64,000 nt of DNA from Paraspadella gotoi (taxonomy: Eukaryota; Animalia; Chaetognatha), in the NCBI GenBank assembly GCA_051294375.1, contig JBJCIZ010000239.1, positions 536,159 through 600,158 on the forward strand, in the 5' to 3' direction. The notes under the pieces were generated by a model. The model was not told the origin of the DNA. It saw only the letters and a list, made by a program, of their open reading frames with translations, and did not search any database. Of this stretch, positions 41,468 through 53,177 are shown piece by piece. The translations under genes and the position numbers were made by a program. How positions within the stretch are numbered: position 1 is the first letter of the stretch; the number at the start of each line of letters is the position of its first letter.

Positions 41468-43020
41468 TCCATCTCTCTCCTTTCCAACCAGTACTTATAA
41501 CTGATCGCTTTGTCTTCTCTTTCTCCTTTTCCACCGAATTTCGGCCTCGATATTAAATGTCAAGATTTGCCGTCGTCGTTATCGTCGTCGTCGTCGTCGT
41601 CATCCTTTCTCCTTTGCCCAGAGCTGTACAGTCATTTTTTTTCCCTTGAACCACTTAATCATCCAATTGTTTCTTTTATACTTCGACCTATTTGATTATC
41701 GAATCACATGGAACTGAGTGTTTACATTACGTTTAGATGTATGTAGCAAAATTCATTTCAAATGAGATAGAGCTCTTTAATCTCATTTACATATTGTAGC
41801 AGTTTAGATCATTTTTTATATCTTTTGATACAGTTTTCATAAAAGTCTTATTTTACTATTTTAGCAATATTTTTAATAGCATTTATCGTCAACTATTTCG
41901 TCTTCCTCCCATTAACCTCCATAGAGAAAAAACTATAACTCATGCTCTTTCCTCCGACCACTTTTCTCCAACTGACCAACTGACCCCATTTTCAACAATC
42001 CGCAACGTTTAACCCTTTTTTTCTTCCATAAAAAAATATTTCTCGCCCCTCCCTCCCCTCGCGCGGCGCCATTTTCGTCCATTTACTTTGACCCACTTAC
42101 TTTAAAATCTCCGCGACCTACTTGGCCATTGACCAACAACACCTCCTTCAGTATGACCTACTTTTTATTTAGATTCGCGGATTCAATTTCGATCCCTTAC
42201 CTTAACTTACTTTCGCTTTCGTTCGATATGATTGACGTCATCTGGATTATCGTTTCATTACCTTTAAAAGGATGGAACTTACCGTGGTATCATATCTGGG
42301 CAATTTCTTTGCCGGATCTCTTATTTATTTTTTTCATTCATTCCTTCATTCATTCATTCATTCATTCATTCATTCTTTCATTCATTCTTTCATTTATTCT
42401 TTAAATAATTCTTTTATTCAAGTTATTCAGAATATTTAATCATATATTCCATAGTTTATTCATATATATATACAAATCATTCATCCGTTCATTCATTCGT
42501 TTAATTATCCATTCATTCGTTTAATTATTCATTCATTCATTTAATTATTCATTCATTCGCGTATACATAAATAAATGAATTTTTTTTATTTTATAGAAAT
42601 GCATCAGAATAAACATTTTAGCATTACTCCTCACATAAGTAACTGAGAATTTTCAGGCTTTTTTGCTATTTGTTCTCTCTTTTAACTCTCTCAATCGACC
42701 TCTCTTTTCATCTCTTCTCTCCTTTCGCCCTCTCTTTTTTATCCAAACTGCCCTCTCCTCTTCCTCCTTTCCCTCCTCCATCTCCTCCTCCTCCTCCTCC
42801 TCTTCGTCCGTCAGATTTCCATCACAGTTTTCAGATTTCGAAAATGGAGGCGCGATAAAAATTGAGCGATTGGGAATGTGAGGCATAAGTAAGAAAGACG
42901 TGGAATCGGAGGAATTAAGATAGAAAGATGGATAGATGGAAAGAAGGTTAGAGAAACAGAAATAAATAAATACTGTAACAGTGAGAATAAGAGGACTCGG
43001 GATAGTAAGAAAGAAAAAAG

Positions 43021-43434
43021 GATACAAGATACAAGATACAAGATACAAGATAGCTTATTTATTGACATATGACATGGATACTTTTTATATTGGTTGTACC
43101 AATTTCATAAAATTCAGCTCCTTGATATTTTGATGCTAGTGCGGAGTACAATAAGTATTCCCCGATCTAATACTTAAGGAGTGGTCTTTTCATACAATTG
43201 AAACATTCTTTGAAATATTTTCCACTTCATTGATAGGGAAGCCAGGTACTCAGGAGTGAATAAAACAAGACTGTGGAAGAGTCTTGATTGAAAGCTTGCA
43301 GGGACCTGCTATGTCATTATCTTGTAAGAGTGATGGAGGCCTTAAAACCACCAAAGGCCTGTCCAAAGTCAGGGCAAGATAGCTTATTTTATGAATGAAT
43401 GGATATTTCTTTATATTGGTTGTACCAATTTCAT
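43021..43434 (-). repeat. Family B best copy: ~330-bp unit, ~60-bp terminal redundancy and (TATCTTG)4 tail
   Basis: CAAGATAGCTTATTT...ATGGATA...TTATATTGGTTGTACCAATTTCATA occurs at ~43047 and ~43375; (ACAAGAT)n at 43021-43052. Confidence 0.85.
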
Positions 43435-43815
43435 AGAGAAAGAAAAAACTCAAGCATAAATGAGTAAACGTGGAATTACGGAAACTAAAGAAATAAAGAA
43501 GGAAAGAGAGAAATAAATAGGAAAAGGGTTGGGAGAGTGAATTATAAATAAGAAAGACGTACAACTACATGAATTAGAAGAAAAAATAATTAAAGGTAGG
43601 CAAAAAAAGTAAGGCAAAAAACACAAACATCAAATATTTAGTAATGAGCAATAAATAATAATTACTCGGACCAAAAGAAAGAACGAAAGAAACAAACAAA
43701 CAAAAGAAGTAAAATAAAATAGGAGGTAAAAAGAAAGAGTAAATACCAAAATAAAATGAACATAAACAAACAAACAATTGCCCTGCCCAATCCGGCAATT
43801 TAGACCCCAAACACT

Positions 43816-43897
43816 AACTTCCGGCGACTCACGGCGCCGGGTCATATTTTTCGAGGACGAGACGTCACATCCGGCGCCAACCCGTCATTTCCGGTGA
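43816..43897 (+). promoter_or_regulatory. CpG-rich candidate promoter (ETS-like ACTTCCGG/CATCCGG/TTTCCGG and GACGTCA)
   Basis: Motifs read directly, just upstream of a candidate exon. Confidence 0.35.
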
Positions 43898-43915
43898 AAC
43901 GCGATGGCCTCTTAA

Positions 43916-44019
43916 ATGGCAAGCGGCCAAGTGCGGCCAAGAGCGGCCAAAAGTGGACGCGCCCGATGGCAATGACGCCGAAAAATGGATGAAATTGTTC
44001 GAAAGAGTATCAGGGGATG
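43916..44019 (+). CDS. Candidate first coding exon (...KVDAPDGNDAEKWMKLFERVSGD), product unknown
   Basis: Strong donor ATG|GTAAGT; ATG 43916 is in frame only if one of three 10-bp repeats is removed, otherwise the start would be MKLFERVSGD. Confidence 0.35.
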
Positions 44020-44726
44020 GTAAGTGGTACTTTCTGATAATTTTTTTTTTATTTTATAAATTTAAATTTTGATGAGGATGATATAGATTGAGTAAAATAA
44101 CTTTTATTCTATTAAACATTAATCAATAAAAAATCATAGTATTTTTTATATTTATTGATAACCTGTAATATTTAAAAAATAAAATTATTTTTAATTTTTT
44201 GGGGGGTAATTTTATGAACATCATCCACCCTTCCTGCCCGATGACGAGAGAGAGAAAGAAAAATGGCGTCAGAAAATCTGCGTTTCTCGGCAAAAATGAG
44301 TCCGAGTGTTGGATGATTTTTCTTCGGTGAAAACGTCTGCCGTTTATCTTCTCTGCCGCGCGGGTCCCTTCGTCCGATCCTCAAGAGGGTATAGAAGGGG
44401 GAGAGAGGGGTAGGGAAGGAGGGGGCCAAGTCGTTTCGGACGCTAAATATTTTTTAAAGTGATGTCGTGTATTCGTCAGTGGGATTGTATAGGAGTATTG
44501 CTAAAAATCAGTATTGCTAAAGACTAAAAATCGAGAAACAAAACTAATATTCAAATCCAAAATGAAAATGTACCAATTCAACTTAAACACTACAATCTGT
44601 AAATGAGATTGAGAAATTTCGATCTCGTTCAAGATCATATTAAATAATCATCCCTTTCAATTGTGTGTCGATTTTATTCGTAAACTATTTGATATTTTTT
44701 TTAGATAATGTACTTATTCTCATTAG

Positions 44727-44754
44727 ATGGCAGAGCCAGAAGGTTGCGTTGGGC
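44727..44754 (+). CDS. Candidate 28-nt micro-exon
   Basis: TTATTCTCATTAG acceptor and GTGAGT donor; open in phase with the previous candidate exon (DGRARRLRW). Confidence 0.2.
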
Positions 44755-45479
44755 GTGAGTGTTTTCAAATGGCAGAATGCAATAATAAAAGAGAACACAT
44801 GCGTTATAAAATTTAAACTTTTCCAGTTATGAACGAGGACTTAATACAAAAAAATGCGCGGCTATTATTTTGTCTTATAATTTCAAATTTGGAAGGCTTC
44901 AAAGTTACAAATATAATCGAATTAATTTATTAAATATTAAATGCAATTCTGCTTGATTTAAATTTAAATTTAAAAAAAAAAANNNNNNNNNNNNNNNNNN
45001 NNNNNNNACCATTTAAATTATACACCTTCTTTTTTCATCTTTCATTTATCTTTTCTTTGATTTTTTAATTCAATCCCACCGCCCCCCGCCTTCCCCCCCT
45101 CGTCCAAAACGTCTTTGAGTCGGAATATTTTCTCCCTTTTAGAAAAAGACGAAAGAAATCTTTTTTGGCCAAAGCGATGAATAATTCTATCTCTCTTCTC
45201 TCTACTGAGTTCTCAACATCTCATCTCGTCTCGAAGCGTCGTCTATGCTCTGCTTCGTCGTCTTCGGTGTCTCTCGGTAACAACGGGGTGTACGACGTCA
45301 CGACGGCTCACGCGTGCGTGTCAGTCCTCTTCTCTTCTCGTCTTGGTCTTCCAATTCGGAGTCTTTAAACAAATGCATATAAACAAGGAGGAGAGTGAAG
45401 AGAGAGAGTAGATCCATCACAGTTGTCTCGCACGATCTGAGTTAAATCCATGGCGACGAGTGACGGGTGAGTGAAGGAA

Positions 45480-46306
45480 ATTATGTCAAGGGTTGACCAA
45501 ACGAGAAGTTTGTGATAGTGACTATTCTGGATTATGATAACATCGTCAATTAACACACATATTAATTTTATCAAAAGAAGTATAACAAATACTTCGATAC
45601 GCCTAATGTTAGTCGTGCGTATAGATGTCGGATAGGCGAGGGCGGGCGAATCGACGGAGCGTATTAGATGTGATTCAAGGTAGATATTTAGTCGGAAGGC
45701 AGGGATCGAGACCGGGTCCGGCAAGTGCACAGTTATTATTGTATTTATTTCAGGTGAGAAAATGTGGATTTCCCTATTATATCAGCGAAAATTTAAATCA
45801 TACATTTTGGGTTTGTTATAAAAGAAATCCAAACGTAGAGGAGCGACGAGAGGAGCAGCAAGAGAGAGGAGGAGGGATAAAGACGCGATGGAAAGAGGAA
45901 AGGAGGCAGTTACGTTTCAGCACAACAAAGACAGCTGTGGGAGGAGAAAAGAGAGGACAGGTGGAATGGAGATTAGGTGTATAGAGACTAGCATTCAGGG
46001 TCTTAGTGAACAGGAGTCCGAGATGGACATGGAGTAAAAGGGACAAAGTGAGAGAGGAGACGCTGCTGAAGGGCGTTGGCGGCGTAGGACAGTTGTAAAG
46101 GGCCTTCCAACGTAATTTGTGGATTGCGGGACGTATACCACTTGATGATGTTGAGGGTACGTCTCGGGGTGCGGGATGTGCGAAGTGATCAGGGTGAGGG
46201 TCAAGGCAATTGAGGCTTGACGGCCGTGGAAGGGCGTATGAGAAGTCGTCACGCGGAAGCCGGCGCAAGGTCTGTAAAGGCTGGAAGGACATGGAGAAAG
46301 AGGAAG

Positions 46307-46358
<52 letters not shown>

Positions 46359-46640
46359 TAGGGGCGAGACTCGCCATGGAAGTTCGAAAGGTCAGAGGTG
46401 ATTTTCTGCGCAGAGCATCGCCCGAGTCGGGACCGAACAGATGCGGATAAGAACCGAGCGGAAGATACGACGAACGACGAACGCGAAGATCCGCGGCGAC
46501 CGAGCCCGACAGCTCCAGAGCAGTATCATCTGCGATGGCGGCCCTGAAGGAGATCCGCGTGGGAAACAAATGCAAATGGAGCAGATCAACTGGTAAAGGA
46601 AACAGGAACAGGCCGAGCGTAACGGAGGCATCACGTTAAA
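45480..46640 (-). mobile_element. Degenerate Penelope-like retroelement, N-terminal (pre-RT) ORF fragment
   Basis: Ordered motifs on minus: FLxxxxCxxxxxxPRG (~46600-46554), FA.PAPRDVP..(II)SGI.PAIHKLRWKA (~46185-46101), VILxxDK.NMCV...YHKLL (~45587-45503, needs a frameshift); interrupted by (AG)n at ~46285-46337. Confidence 0.55.
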
Positions 46641-46948
46641 CTGGCAATCATTTGGTCGGCTAGAGCAGATACAAGAAGCGAAGGCTGGAAAGGTGTCTAC
46701 GTTTTGACGTCGGCTTGTAAGAAGCTAAATTGATTGCAAGTATAGCTAGACTAGGGTGTGGTGAGGTTTAGACTTAGAAGTGTGAGCGAGCTCGTAAGCA
46801 TGCCAAGCGTACCGCCAGGCGCACGCACACATTGAATAGGAAGGGATTCGCTGTTATTCTGTTTGGCATGATACCGCTAAGATTGAGGCGTGTCTTGGCT
46901 GCGAGATTTGGAGAGACAACTATGTATTCGGTTAGAAGACGTGTTCGA

Positions 46949-46980
<32 letters not shown>

Positions 46981-47195
46981 ACATTATGCAAAGAAGCATA
47001 TTTTTTTTTCTGCTCTTGAAACAATTTCGTAGAAGACGTTCACGATAGAGTCGGAGGCAGTCGTGAAGATGGGGCCATTCGTGAAGAGGAAATGGACACA
47101 AGAACAAAAAAAAAGTGAGTTTCCAAAAATTAACTTGCTTTATGAAAAAATGATTTACAGATATAAAGCAATACCCTTGTGACAACTTAATTATT

Positions 47196-47546
47196 TGGCT
47201 TTTTTTTCAAAAGCGCCCGATTTCCGTTACTGTGGTCATTTCCCTATTTTATAATTTTGGCCGAAATTCGATGTTTCTAGTATTTACTTATCAATTTTTT
47301 ATTACTGGGTTTTCAGTCGTATTTAAAACTTCTTGTCATCAAATGTTATTTTTATGAGTCATTTATTTATAACTACTTTTTATCTGCTATGTCTTGTCAC
47401 GATAAATATATATACATTTTAACATCTTAAACCTTAGACTCTAACCATAATCCCTAATTTCGGCCTTAACACTAACCTCAAACCTGAAAACTAATTTAAT
47501 TCCGAATTAAAGATGAAATGGGGCGCTTTGGAAAAATTAGGCCAAT
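47196..47546. mobile_element. Family D MITE (~350 bp)
   Basis: Imperfect TIRs TTGGCTTTTTTTTCAAAAGCGCCCGATTT / AAATGGGGCGCTTTGGAAAATTAGGCCAA; CCTAA/CTAACC repeats inside the right end. Confidence 0.65.
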
Positions 47547-47799
47547 TTTTTGTTTTGGTATAATAGCTTGGCTTCAAAATTAACTTTTTTAGGTGCTAGC
47601 GATCTTTAAGCTTTTCTTTAATTCTGTTATCATCAGAAAGATAAGACAGAAAGAGACATAGGAAAATGAGGAGAAATACAGAACCGGAGACAGACCGACC
47701 GACCGCGCGCGCAAAAAAAAAGATTGATGCAATTAACATAAGCACCACTTTTATGGCACTGAGGTAGTTAAGGCAAGGGAGAGAGAAACTCAAAAGCTC

Positions 47800-47906
<107 letters not shown>

Positions 47907-48070
47907 GCGTCGAGAAATTCCACAGCGAATGTTTTATGGTTCTTTCTCACTTTTGCACTTTTTTTTCTTTTCTTTTTCTTTGTTTGTTTCTTTGTTCTTT
48001 CCTTCTCTTGGTTTCTTTATTTTTTTTCTTTCTATTTTTCTTGCTTACATTCTCTCTTTCTATATTTTTT

Positions 48071-48162
<92 letters not shown>

Positions 48163-49048
48163 GCATTCTCTCTTTCTTTCATTCATCCATTTTCTTAATT
48201 TTTTCCCCAACATTTTTTTTTCTGATTTTTACATATAAATTTTCCCTTTCATCTTTCATCTATACTTTCTTTTTCTTTTTCATTTTTAACATTTCATTAA
48301 ATTCATAAACGAACCAACTAAATATTCATCCATCACACAATAAAATAAAACTCCTTTTCTCATCTTAAAATCGCAGCCACATTTTTTTTTGACGTGGAGA
48401 AGGAAAAATCTTGATGACAATGGAAGACGTTAACGATAACGTTTACGATCTTTCGATTGCGACGACGACGACGATAAAGACAACGAGAGACGACAACGAC
48501 GACGAAAACGACGAACAAAACGACGACGACGACGACGACGACAACGACGACGACCAGGACGACTGTCAGATTAAAACGAAGATTATGATATCGATGACGA
48601 TAATTACGAAGATGATAATAATAATAATGATAATAATTTTAATCATATTAATGATTATCCCGCTAAGCGTCCTTTTAAATTCGAAGCTCGAACTAAATTT
48701 GTTTAATACCTCATGTTTATTAATCAACGAAGGTTTTTACTCACATGATTGTTTCGAGAAAAAAAAACAATTTGAATGACAATTCCGAATTAAGATTTGA
48801 AGTTAATAGTCGTTGAATATGCAAATATATACTTTGGTGACGTGGATCAAAACTCGGCGCCTAGAAATGAGAGAAACAAGAAATTACAGCTGCCGAGGTC
48901 ATCGTCGTTGTTCCTTCGCTGCGGCTGCTGTGGCCGCCGCTGCTCACCGTCTTTGCTGCCGCTGACCCTTTTATTTCTCTTGTCTTCGCCTTCATGAAAT
49001 TTGCAAAACTCGTCGTTCTGAGAAGAAGGTGTTCGTTTCTATAGCGCA

Positions 49049-49270
49049 ACCATTCATTTAATAAAAAGTATCCATTCATTTAATAAACTAAAATCTTGCT
49101 CCTGACTTTAGACTGGCTTTGGAGGTTTAAGGCCTCCATCACTCTTACAAGATAAAGACATAACAGGTCCCTGCTAGATTTCATTCAAGACTCTCACAGT
49201 CTCGTTTATTCACCCCCAGAGTAACTGGCTTCCCTATCAATGAAATAGTATAATATTTCAAAAGAATGTT
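49049..49270 (+). repeat. Family B copy (partial, diverged)
   Basis: CCATTCATTTAATAAA...AAGGCCTCCATCACTCTTACAAGATA...CAGGTCCCTGC...GGCTTCCCTATCAATGAA. Confidence 0.8.
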
Positions 49271-50290
49271 ATTTGTTTTTAACATTTGTTTTCTACGTAA
49301 AAAGTATAATCACGAATGAAAAGGAAAACGACGCAAAGCAAAATAAGGAAAAAGAAATACTGAGGAAAAGAAGGAAAAGTTCTCGCCGATGGAGGAACCT
49401 TGAAAACCTCTCACTTTATCCAGGACTAATGAGATTCATTGAAAATGAGAGAGNNNNNNNNNNAGAGAGAGATTTAAAATATGCGGGGATACTTTCGGGA
49501 GGGCACCTGGCGAGAAGGAACCTCGTTTCAACCAAGCCAAAAAGAATTCACCTGCTTTATCATTTGGACAAATGAACAGATGTACCTGGATCACCGGATA
49601 TACGGACAGGCAGAAACACCAAGATTCTGAGGAATCAAGCTGAAACAGAAAGTCAGTCTTTCTGGGTTTTATTCTTGACATAACAAATCTGTTTAATATG
49701 TATCTGACGCTTGAAAATCTTGTCTTTAATTCTGAGCTCAATTCAAACCTGATTTAATTGTTTCAAATTCTTTTCAAAACATTAATCAAATACTTTATCG
49801 TCTATATCTGAAAGATTATTTCGAAAATCTCTAGAAAGAACATATACCAAGATTTTGACAATTTTACAGTCCGGATGAAATTAAATTCAGAGAATGAAAA
49901 TGGGTTAGTCAGAAAAGAAATTCATATTCGATTGTAGTTTCTTGCTAGGCCATGTTTCAATGTCTGTCTGTCTGTCTGTCTGTTTTAATCGAAGCCAAGT
50001 GCTGTTTGTCTTACTTCATCCACGAAATCACGCAAAGCAAATTAACTCATTGATGTCTCATCCCCATTAACGCGATCCGCGCCATCGGCGCCACGAGCGC
50101 CAACAAACGCCATCGGCGCCATCTGCGTCGTCAAAGCCAATTAACGATATCAAACTGGATAATGTTCTCGCCCTCTTCGCCGACGAGTTATTTCCGGTTC
50201 ATTCTAAGCCTCCAAGACGCTAACGAACCATAAACAAGAACTGAGAGCCCAAAAGATAAGAGAAAGGAGAAGAAAGAAAGAAAAAATAAA

Positions 50291-51066
50291 GGGCGCTTTT
50301 ATCCGAGAGTGCCCCATTTCTGTTCGTTTATCCCAGAATTTTAATTTTAACCTTACTATTAAGCGAAATGGTTTTAGCGTCAATAACGATTTTTATTTAT
50401 TTTTATTGATCTAAAACCATTTTGCTTATTCACACAATACAACGAAAAGAAAGTTAAAACACAAAACCTTAGTATTTAATCTAAATACATAGTTTTAAAT
50501 ATAAAAACTAATCCCTAACCCTAATCCTTAACCCTAATCCAAACCTGAGCTTTAACCCTACATCCATATTCTTAATTTCTAATCTTAACCTCTAATTCTA
50601 AACGCTATCCCAATTCCCTACCCTAATCTCATCAAAGATGGAATCGGAACCAAAAACGGGATCGGATCCGTAACTTGGATGAAATCAACCAAGGACTCGC
50701 CGATTGGATGAACCACCATCGGAATGGACCAATAAGAAGAGGGGCTTCATGCTATCAAGAAAACGAGCTCGTGTTGATGATCCGGTTGACCTGTATAAAT
50801 ACAGATTATTTTGGTATTGAATCCATCTGTCTCAAATTCTCACACCCTCTTTGCGTATCTTATATCTGAGAATATAATCCACTTTGTTTTCAAGTTGAAA
50901 TCCTTGTCTACTTACTTAAATGATCTCAAACCAAATCCCTAATTTTAATCACTAACCCTAATTCCTAATCGAAACCCTAACCTTTAACCTAATCTCCAAT
51001 TCAAAAAAAATTAATCTAATTTTCGAATTTAAGTTAAAATGGGGCGTTCTGGGAAAATAAGTCCCC
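50291..51066. mobile_element. Family D element (~775 bp)
   Basis: Imperfect TIRs GGGCGCTTTTATCCGAGAGTGCCCCATTT / AAATGGGGCGTTCTGGGAAAATAAGTCCC; degenerate (CCCTAA)n at 50510-50630 and 50935-50995. Confidence 0.6.
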
Positions 51067-51127
51067 AAAAAGAATAAAAAGAAAAGAGGGCAAAGTCGGT
51101 GAATGGAAAGAGAAAGGAGGTCAGAAG

Positions 51128-51248
51128 ATGCAAGAAGCCGGCGTCCGTCGAGGTAAGTTCTTCCTCACGCAGCTCGGAGTGGGTTATCTTCTTTTTTTTG
51201 CGTCAGGTAGGTCATCCTCGACGCTGGAACGAGCGCCAAACGAGGAGG
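51128..51248 (+). CDS. Two candidate small exons (51128-51152, 51207-51248) split by a 54-nt intron
   Basis: GAG|GTAAGT donor, T-rich...CAG acceptor, second donor G|GTAAGG; spliced frame MQEAGVRRGRSSSTLERAPNEE. Confidence 0.25.
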
Positions 51249-51264
51249 GTAAGGTAAGGTTGAG

Positions 51265-51518
51265 CGCAACTGGAAAGGCAAATGCCAAAGCATGCAAGAA
51301 AGTCGCCACCCACCATACCTGTCCATTCGCCTTGCAGAATGATGCCATCGTGTTAGGACGCAACGAGGCTCGCAACGCCGACGCCAACGATCAAAAAAAT
51401 GACAATTTCCGGAGGTTAATCATCTCTCGGAGATTCCAGAATGCTCAATCTTGCCGCGAAAATTTAAAACGTGATTTCTTCAATATCTCTCTTTTCTTCT
51501 CTCTCCTGTTCTCTCTCT

Positions 51519-51554
<36 letters not shown>

Positions 51555-52050
51555 TCTCTCCTCTCCTTCTACTATCTTCTTTCTTTTCTTCCTTTCTTCT
51601 TTCTTCATTTCTCTTTTTCTTTCTTTCTTTCTTTTTTCTTTTTTTTCTCTTTCTTTCTTTCTTTCTTTAAATCTCCTCAATCTCTCTCTCTTCTCTCCCT
51701 TCTTCTCTCCTCACTCAACTGTCTCTCTCTTCCTCCCCCACTTTTCTCTCTCCCCTCTCCCCCCCTCCTCACTCATTATCTCCCCCCCACTCCACNNNNN
51801 NNNNNNNNNNNNNNNNNNNNAGACAGAGAGAGAGAAAGAGAGATATGAAAAAAATCCCGTTTTATTTTCGCCAAGATGCGCATTCTGCAATCTCGAGAGA
51901 GATTAACCTCGGAAATTGTCCATTTCTTTGACTCGTTGGCGTCGGCGTTGCGAGCCTCGTTGCGTCCTCAACGATGGCATCATTCTGCAGCGAATGACAG
52001 GTATGTGGGTCGACTTCTTGCATGCATTTGCATTTCTCAGTTGGCGGGCA
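51265..52050. repeat. Inverted duplication 51265-51470 / 51860-52050 across a gap
   Basis: AATGATGCCATCG..GGACGCAACGAGGCTCGCAACGCCGACGCCAACGA and its reverse complement. Confidence 0.85.
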
Positions 52051-52610
52051 ACACCCCAGTCGACTAATTCTGAGATGAATCTTAAACAATGTCGAATAAT
52101 ATTGTAAGATTTATTGAGTCGGAGGAGTGGATTACGAAATTGTTTTATAATAAATTATACTCTTTTACTGTATTTAACTTAATTTTTTCTGTTCTAAAAC
52201 GACGTATTCAATGACAAGTTAATGACAGTTCACAAAACGATGATTAATGACAAGTTAATGACAGTTAAAAAGAGTGACAAAAAAAAACATTTAATGATGC
52301 AAGTCAAAGTCGGTGAAATACGACAAAAATATAATTAAAAACTATAGTTAAAAAAAATATAATAAATCTCTCTCAATGTCTCTAAAATCAATGTTAAAAA
52401 TTGTACCTATTTCTTGATAAAAACTAACTTCATTACCTTAAATTACCTTTTTTTTCACCCATTGACCGAAAACCGTGAGTCCAAACCCATCCATCCAAGT
52501 AGCAGCGTGAAAATGTCAACGGCGCCATTTTCTCTGCGATTTCCTTCCCGCTGAAAATTAATCGATAACATCATTACTACGGGCGGGAGAAAATTAGTCG
52601 CGGGAAAAGG

Positions 52611-53085
52611 AAAAAGATGATGTAATCTTGAGGATGGAAAAGAAAATGGAAAAAGGAAAAGGAAAAAGGAAAAGGAAAAAGACGATGGAATCTTGAGGAT
52701 GGAAAAGAAAATGGAAAAAAGAAAAGGAAAAGGGAAAAGGAAAAAGGAAAAGAAAAAGGAAAAAAGAAAAGGAAAAAGATGATGGAATCTTGAGGATGGA
52801 AAAGTAAATGGAAAAAAGAAAAGAAAAATGGAAAAGGAAAAAGGAAAGGAAAAAGGAAAAAGGAAAAAGGAAAAGGAAAAAGATGATGGAATCTTGAGGA
52901 TGGAAAAGGTAAAGGAAAAAGGAAAAGGAAAAAGACGATGAAATCTTGAGGATGGAACATAAATAGGAAAAAGGAAAAGGAAAAAGATGATGTAATCTTG
53001 AGGATGGAACATAAATAGGAAAAAGGAAAAAGAAAAAGGAAAAAGGAAAAGGAAAAAGACGATTGAATCTTGAGGATGGAAGGAA
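52611..53085 (+). repeat. Composite minisatellite: constant GAAAAAGA(T/C)GAT..AATCTTGAGGATGGAA x7 with variable (GGAAAA)n spacers
   Basis: Anchor AATCTTGAGGATGGA near 52624, 52689, 52786, 52890, 52942, 52994, 53066. Confidence 0.9.
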
Positions 53086-53177
53086 ATGAAAGGAAAAAGG
53101 AAAGGAGGAAAGAAGTCAGGGAAGATCGAAGAAAATATGAGAGAGAAAAGCAGAGATACCGAATGTTGAGCGTAAGA

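Noticed and set aside
43085-43120. Hammerhead in family B (minus: CTGA ATTTTAT GAAA TTGG TACAA CCAA TA)
   Set aside because: A stem III and UH site are present, but there is no CUGANGA, stem II or stem I; the flanks pair simply as TTTTAT/ATAAAA
43325-43385. SECIS, hammerhead or HDV-like fold in family B (GTGATGGAGGCC...GGCCTGTCCAAAG)
   Set aside because: Lacks the 3' GA of a SECIS quartet, the GAAA after stem II, and the GG needed for HDV P1.1
44430-44482. Minus-strand CTGACGA...GAAA hammerhead candidate
   Set aside because: No closing pair for stem II and no stem III or cleavage triplet
49436-49741. 101-aa minus-strand ORF with ordinary composition
   Set aside because: No recognisable motif or splice support; adjacent frames have stops; cannot be assigned without a search
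50510-50630. Telomere or interstitial telomeric repeat
   Set aside because: Highly degenerate and enclosed within family D TIRs
52611-53085. CRISPR-like repeat-spacer appearance
   Set aside because: Spacers are low-complexity GGAAAA of unequal length, repeats are not palindromic, there are no cas genes, and the context is eukaryotic
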